Origin: Eutreptiella sp. 'Long Island Sound 2002'
Lineage: Eukaryota; Protista; Euglenida
Length of the DNA stretch: 64,000 bases
Reading direction: 5' to 3'
Assembly: GCA_964036045.1 (NCBI GenBank)
Contig: OZ038378.1
Coordinates: 6,138,001 to 6,202,000 of the forward strand
Each line of letters starts with the position of its first letter. Position 1 is the first letter of the stretch. A model generated the notes under the pieces. It was not told the origin of the DNA, searched no databases, and worked only from the letters and a program-made list of their open reading frames with translations. Positions 61,801-64,000 of this stretch are shown piece by piece. The position numbers and the translations under genes were made by a program.

Positions 61801-63285
61801 GAGGCCAATAGGCGCCGCCAAAGGCAAACAAAGTAACCCCATGGCTTCGTGCCCCCCCCCCCCCCCCCACACACACCCCAAGCAACACAAATGTGCAGCC
61901 TGTCAGCGCTGGCGGGGGGCCGGATGCCGCGGGGTCGGAACGCTGCAATTGTGAGCAGTTGGACAAGACGTTCTGCTCTCACCCACGAAAGCGCCCCCGT
62001 CCCCCGTTCGGGAGGCCCGTACTGTTGGGGGGAGGGGGGGGGGGGCGCGCAAAGGCATGCGTACACCGACCTGTTTGGGGGTTGGAATTGAAAGGCCGGT
62101 GCAGTGGATTCAGAACATGACCGGGCTTTGTATAACGCAGGTCTGGCACTTCTGAGTGCCTGAAAAGCAAAGTCTCCTCCGCTGACTGCCAGCCATCAGC
62201 AGTTAGGGAGCAGAACAGAGGGTGCGTGGCCCGATGGGTGGACCTCTGACCCGCAATCACGCGGGAAATCCTGAATCTGTTGGCATCCCTCGCTGAGCAC
62301 ACAGGTCATGCAGAGTGCGACTGGGCATAGTGGCCCTGCTGTAGTCCCGTCCCATGTGGTGTGCTTGCTTTGCGGCCCTGGGGAGCATCATGCTGAAGAT
62401 ACAACGACCGTCATACTGTTGACTCCGGGATCGCCTGGCACCAATTCCCACATGTGTCATTGAAATGGCGCGTGATGTATGATGACTGATGTACATCCCC
62501 ACTGGATGATGAACGGTTGCGGTTCTACTCCTCCAAGTGTTCAACAGAGACATAAGATTCAGAAGATGGAAAGTATCAGGACTATGTTCGTGGCGTTGGG
62601 GTTTCTATTGTTTTCACGAAGATGGGGCGCTTTAGGTGGCAATGCCCAGGAATGGTCCAATCTGCGCAAGCGCGACCTGATGATGTGGGATGACTTTGTG
62701 ATCAAGGGTCGACACCTGCGACACGTCTGATGGTAACGAACCTCAAAACTGACTGGGCCCCACCGACCCTCCTGTGCCCCTGTGGTGTGTGACATGGTAT
62801 TGCCTCGCATGGCGGCAATTCCTTTGGGGACGCCTTGCGCATTTATGTCCGTTGAGATATGTGCTCTGCAGTGGTCTGCCGGTCACTCCCTGTCCCTGCG
62901 TGATGAAGGTTCGTGGCTGTGTTGTGGTTGCTGGGCCCCGATCGTGACGCAGGTGAGCGGGCACAAGCTGGCCAAGCAGTACGAGGTGATGGAGGTGGCC
63001 ATGAAGGCCGCGAAGGTAGCACAGGAGGAGAAGAAGACGCAGAAGAAGGAGAAGGAGAAGGAGGAGAAGGAGGCGGCCAAAATTGAGCCGGGCGAGAACA
63101 AGGACGAGAAGAAGGAAGAGAAGAAGGACGAGAAGGACCCCATGAAGAAGCTGTCGAAGGAGAAGCAGCAGGAGCTCGTGGGGCTGATGGTGGAGATGAT
63201 GTGGCGCACCACGGTCCTCGACATCGAGGACACCCTTCGGCACGTGCTCTGGCGCGTCTGCGAGGACCGGGGGATCTCCAAAGAG
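55882..63285 (+). CDS. DnaJ domain + DnaJ-X domain protein (Djp1/ATJ10-type) with Gly-rich hydrophobic N-terminal extension; 3' end not located
   Basis: Phase-0 GT-AG exons 55882-56352, 58292 (or 58301)-58675, 61247-61537, 62953-63285. VKETELYDVLGV...IKKAYYKKAQVLHPDKNP...FQKVGEAYQILSD (J-domain); LANSPFGATLLHAIGYVY and MWRTTVLDIEDTLRHV (DnaJ-X). Confidence 0.92.
57549..57792. mobile_element. hAT-type MITE (244 bp) in DnaJ intron 1
   Basis: 15-bp TIR CAGGGC(C/T)CCTTTTAA with one mismatch; 8-bp TSD CTTAGCCC at 57541-57548 and 57793-57800. Confidence 0.85.
58768..59600. repeat. 20-bp minisatellite (AAGCCTCCC + AAGCCTCCCCC), ~41 units, in DnaJ intron 2
   Basis: Strict 9+11 alternation with CTCGC and CTCAC variants. 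Confidence 0.97.
61610..61852 (+). mobile_element. Family B retroposon (GGCACGAAGCCATGG terminus), opposite orientation to most family A copies, 17-bp TSD, in DnaJ intron 3
   Basis: CCCCCCCCCACACACAC at 61593-61609 and 61860-61876; shares GGCGGCGCCTAYTGGCC and GGGGCTCCGTTGGCACAA with family A. Confidence 0.8.
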
Positions 63286-64000
63286 GTGACGCTGAGTGCG
63301 TGTCTGTTCCCCCGCTTTGGCTGCGCTGGCCGGGGCAGAGAAGTAGGGGCGGAAGGTAAAAGGGCGCGGTGCGCACGCGGTGCGGGACCTAAGCCACGTG
63401 AGTGCCCCGTCGACCCGGTCACGGGCCCCCACCGCCCGCGCTGTGGCGTGGGTCCCACGCAGCGGAGGAATGTGTGGCGGGCCGTGCGGCCCTAGTGTGG
63501 CTCTTGTGCAGCGGCCACTGCATCCTCCACAACCACAAAGACCACCAGAATGTAATGCAGCGGCACAGACATCTGGACCGGGTGGGGGACCAGGTGCAGG
63601 TGCCCCTCCCCCGCTTTTGTGCAGACAACACACCCTTCCGCAAAAGGCCTTGCAGGCGTTGTTTGTCCGGTTCTGAGGTGGTCTGATGAACAATTCGCAC
63701 AAAATTTGGAGACGCTGGTGACGATAGGGACAGGGGGTCATGAAGACCTAAAGTCTACCAGCCCCTTAGGCAGGGGTCATGAAGTTGCTGGCCACGCAGT
63801 ACATGCCGCCTACAAATGGATGGATCGGAGCGCTTCCCGCCGTATCCCCAAGAATCCTTGTTCATAGGATTTACCCCCCGAGTCGATTGAAGCCGCCAAC
63901 TGCCAGGAGAGCAGCAACATGAACAGGGCTTTGCCCCCCCTCCGGGCAGTTGAGGATGATGACCGGCAACGGCGTCAATGGTGTCGTGCAGCACAGACGG

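Noticed and set aside
62145-62165. ACTTCTGAGTG resembling the start of the euglenid spliced leader
   Set aside because: Only ~11 nt match with a deletion; no T-run, donor GT or Sm site follows.
63286-64000. Final DnaJ-X exon
   Set aside because: No segment with the expected R-A-x-A-L-x-x-L-G ending or exon-like codon usage; probably beyond the window.
1-64000. CRISPR array, rRNA genes, prokaryotic operons
   Set aside because: No repeat-spacer structure or rRNA motifs; gene structure is spliceosomal and eukaryotic.

Overview
Eukaryotic, intron- and repeat-rich genomic DNA; a euglenid-like protist is my inference, not something the sequence proves. Three spliced GT-AG genes can be assembled in frame by hand: an RNI-like LRR protein (minus, 38249 to at least 33912), a SWEET/MtN3 sugar transporter with an N-terminal leader (plus, 43666-48406), and a DnaJ + DnaJ-X protein with a Gly-rich hydrophobic N-terminus (plus, 55882 to at least 63285). 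The rest is mostly mobile DNA, microsatellites and decayed ORFs. The main result is a retroposon-like superfamily whose copies share one fixed end (G-run + TTTTGGCATGACGCCATGG), are variably truncated at the other end (18 bp to >2 kb), and carry 12-17 bp target-site duplications ending in G-rich runs. This looks like TPRT insertion aimed at poly-G rather than poly-T. Its longest copy (1-2090) holds a 5'-truncated reading frame with an HPD J-domain. Also present: a hAT-type MITE with an 8-bp TSD, a 20-bp minisatellite, and an intronless C2HC zinc finger + F-box-like ORF. No rRNA, convincing tRNA or CRISPR array was seen. All domain calls are by-eye motif recognition; no searches were run.
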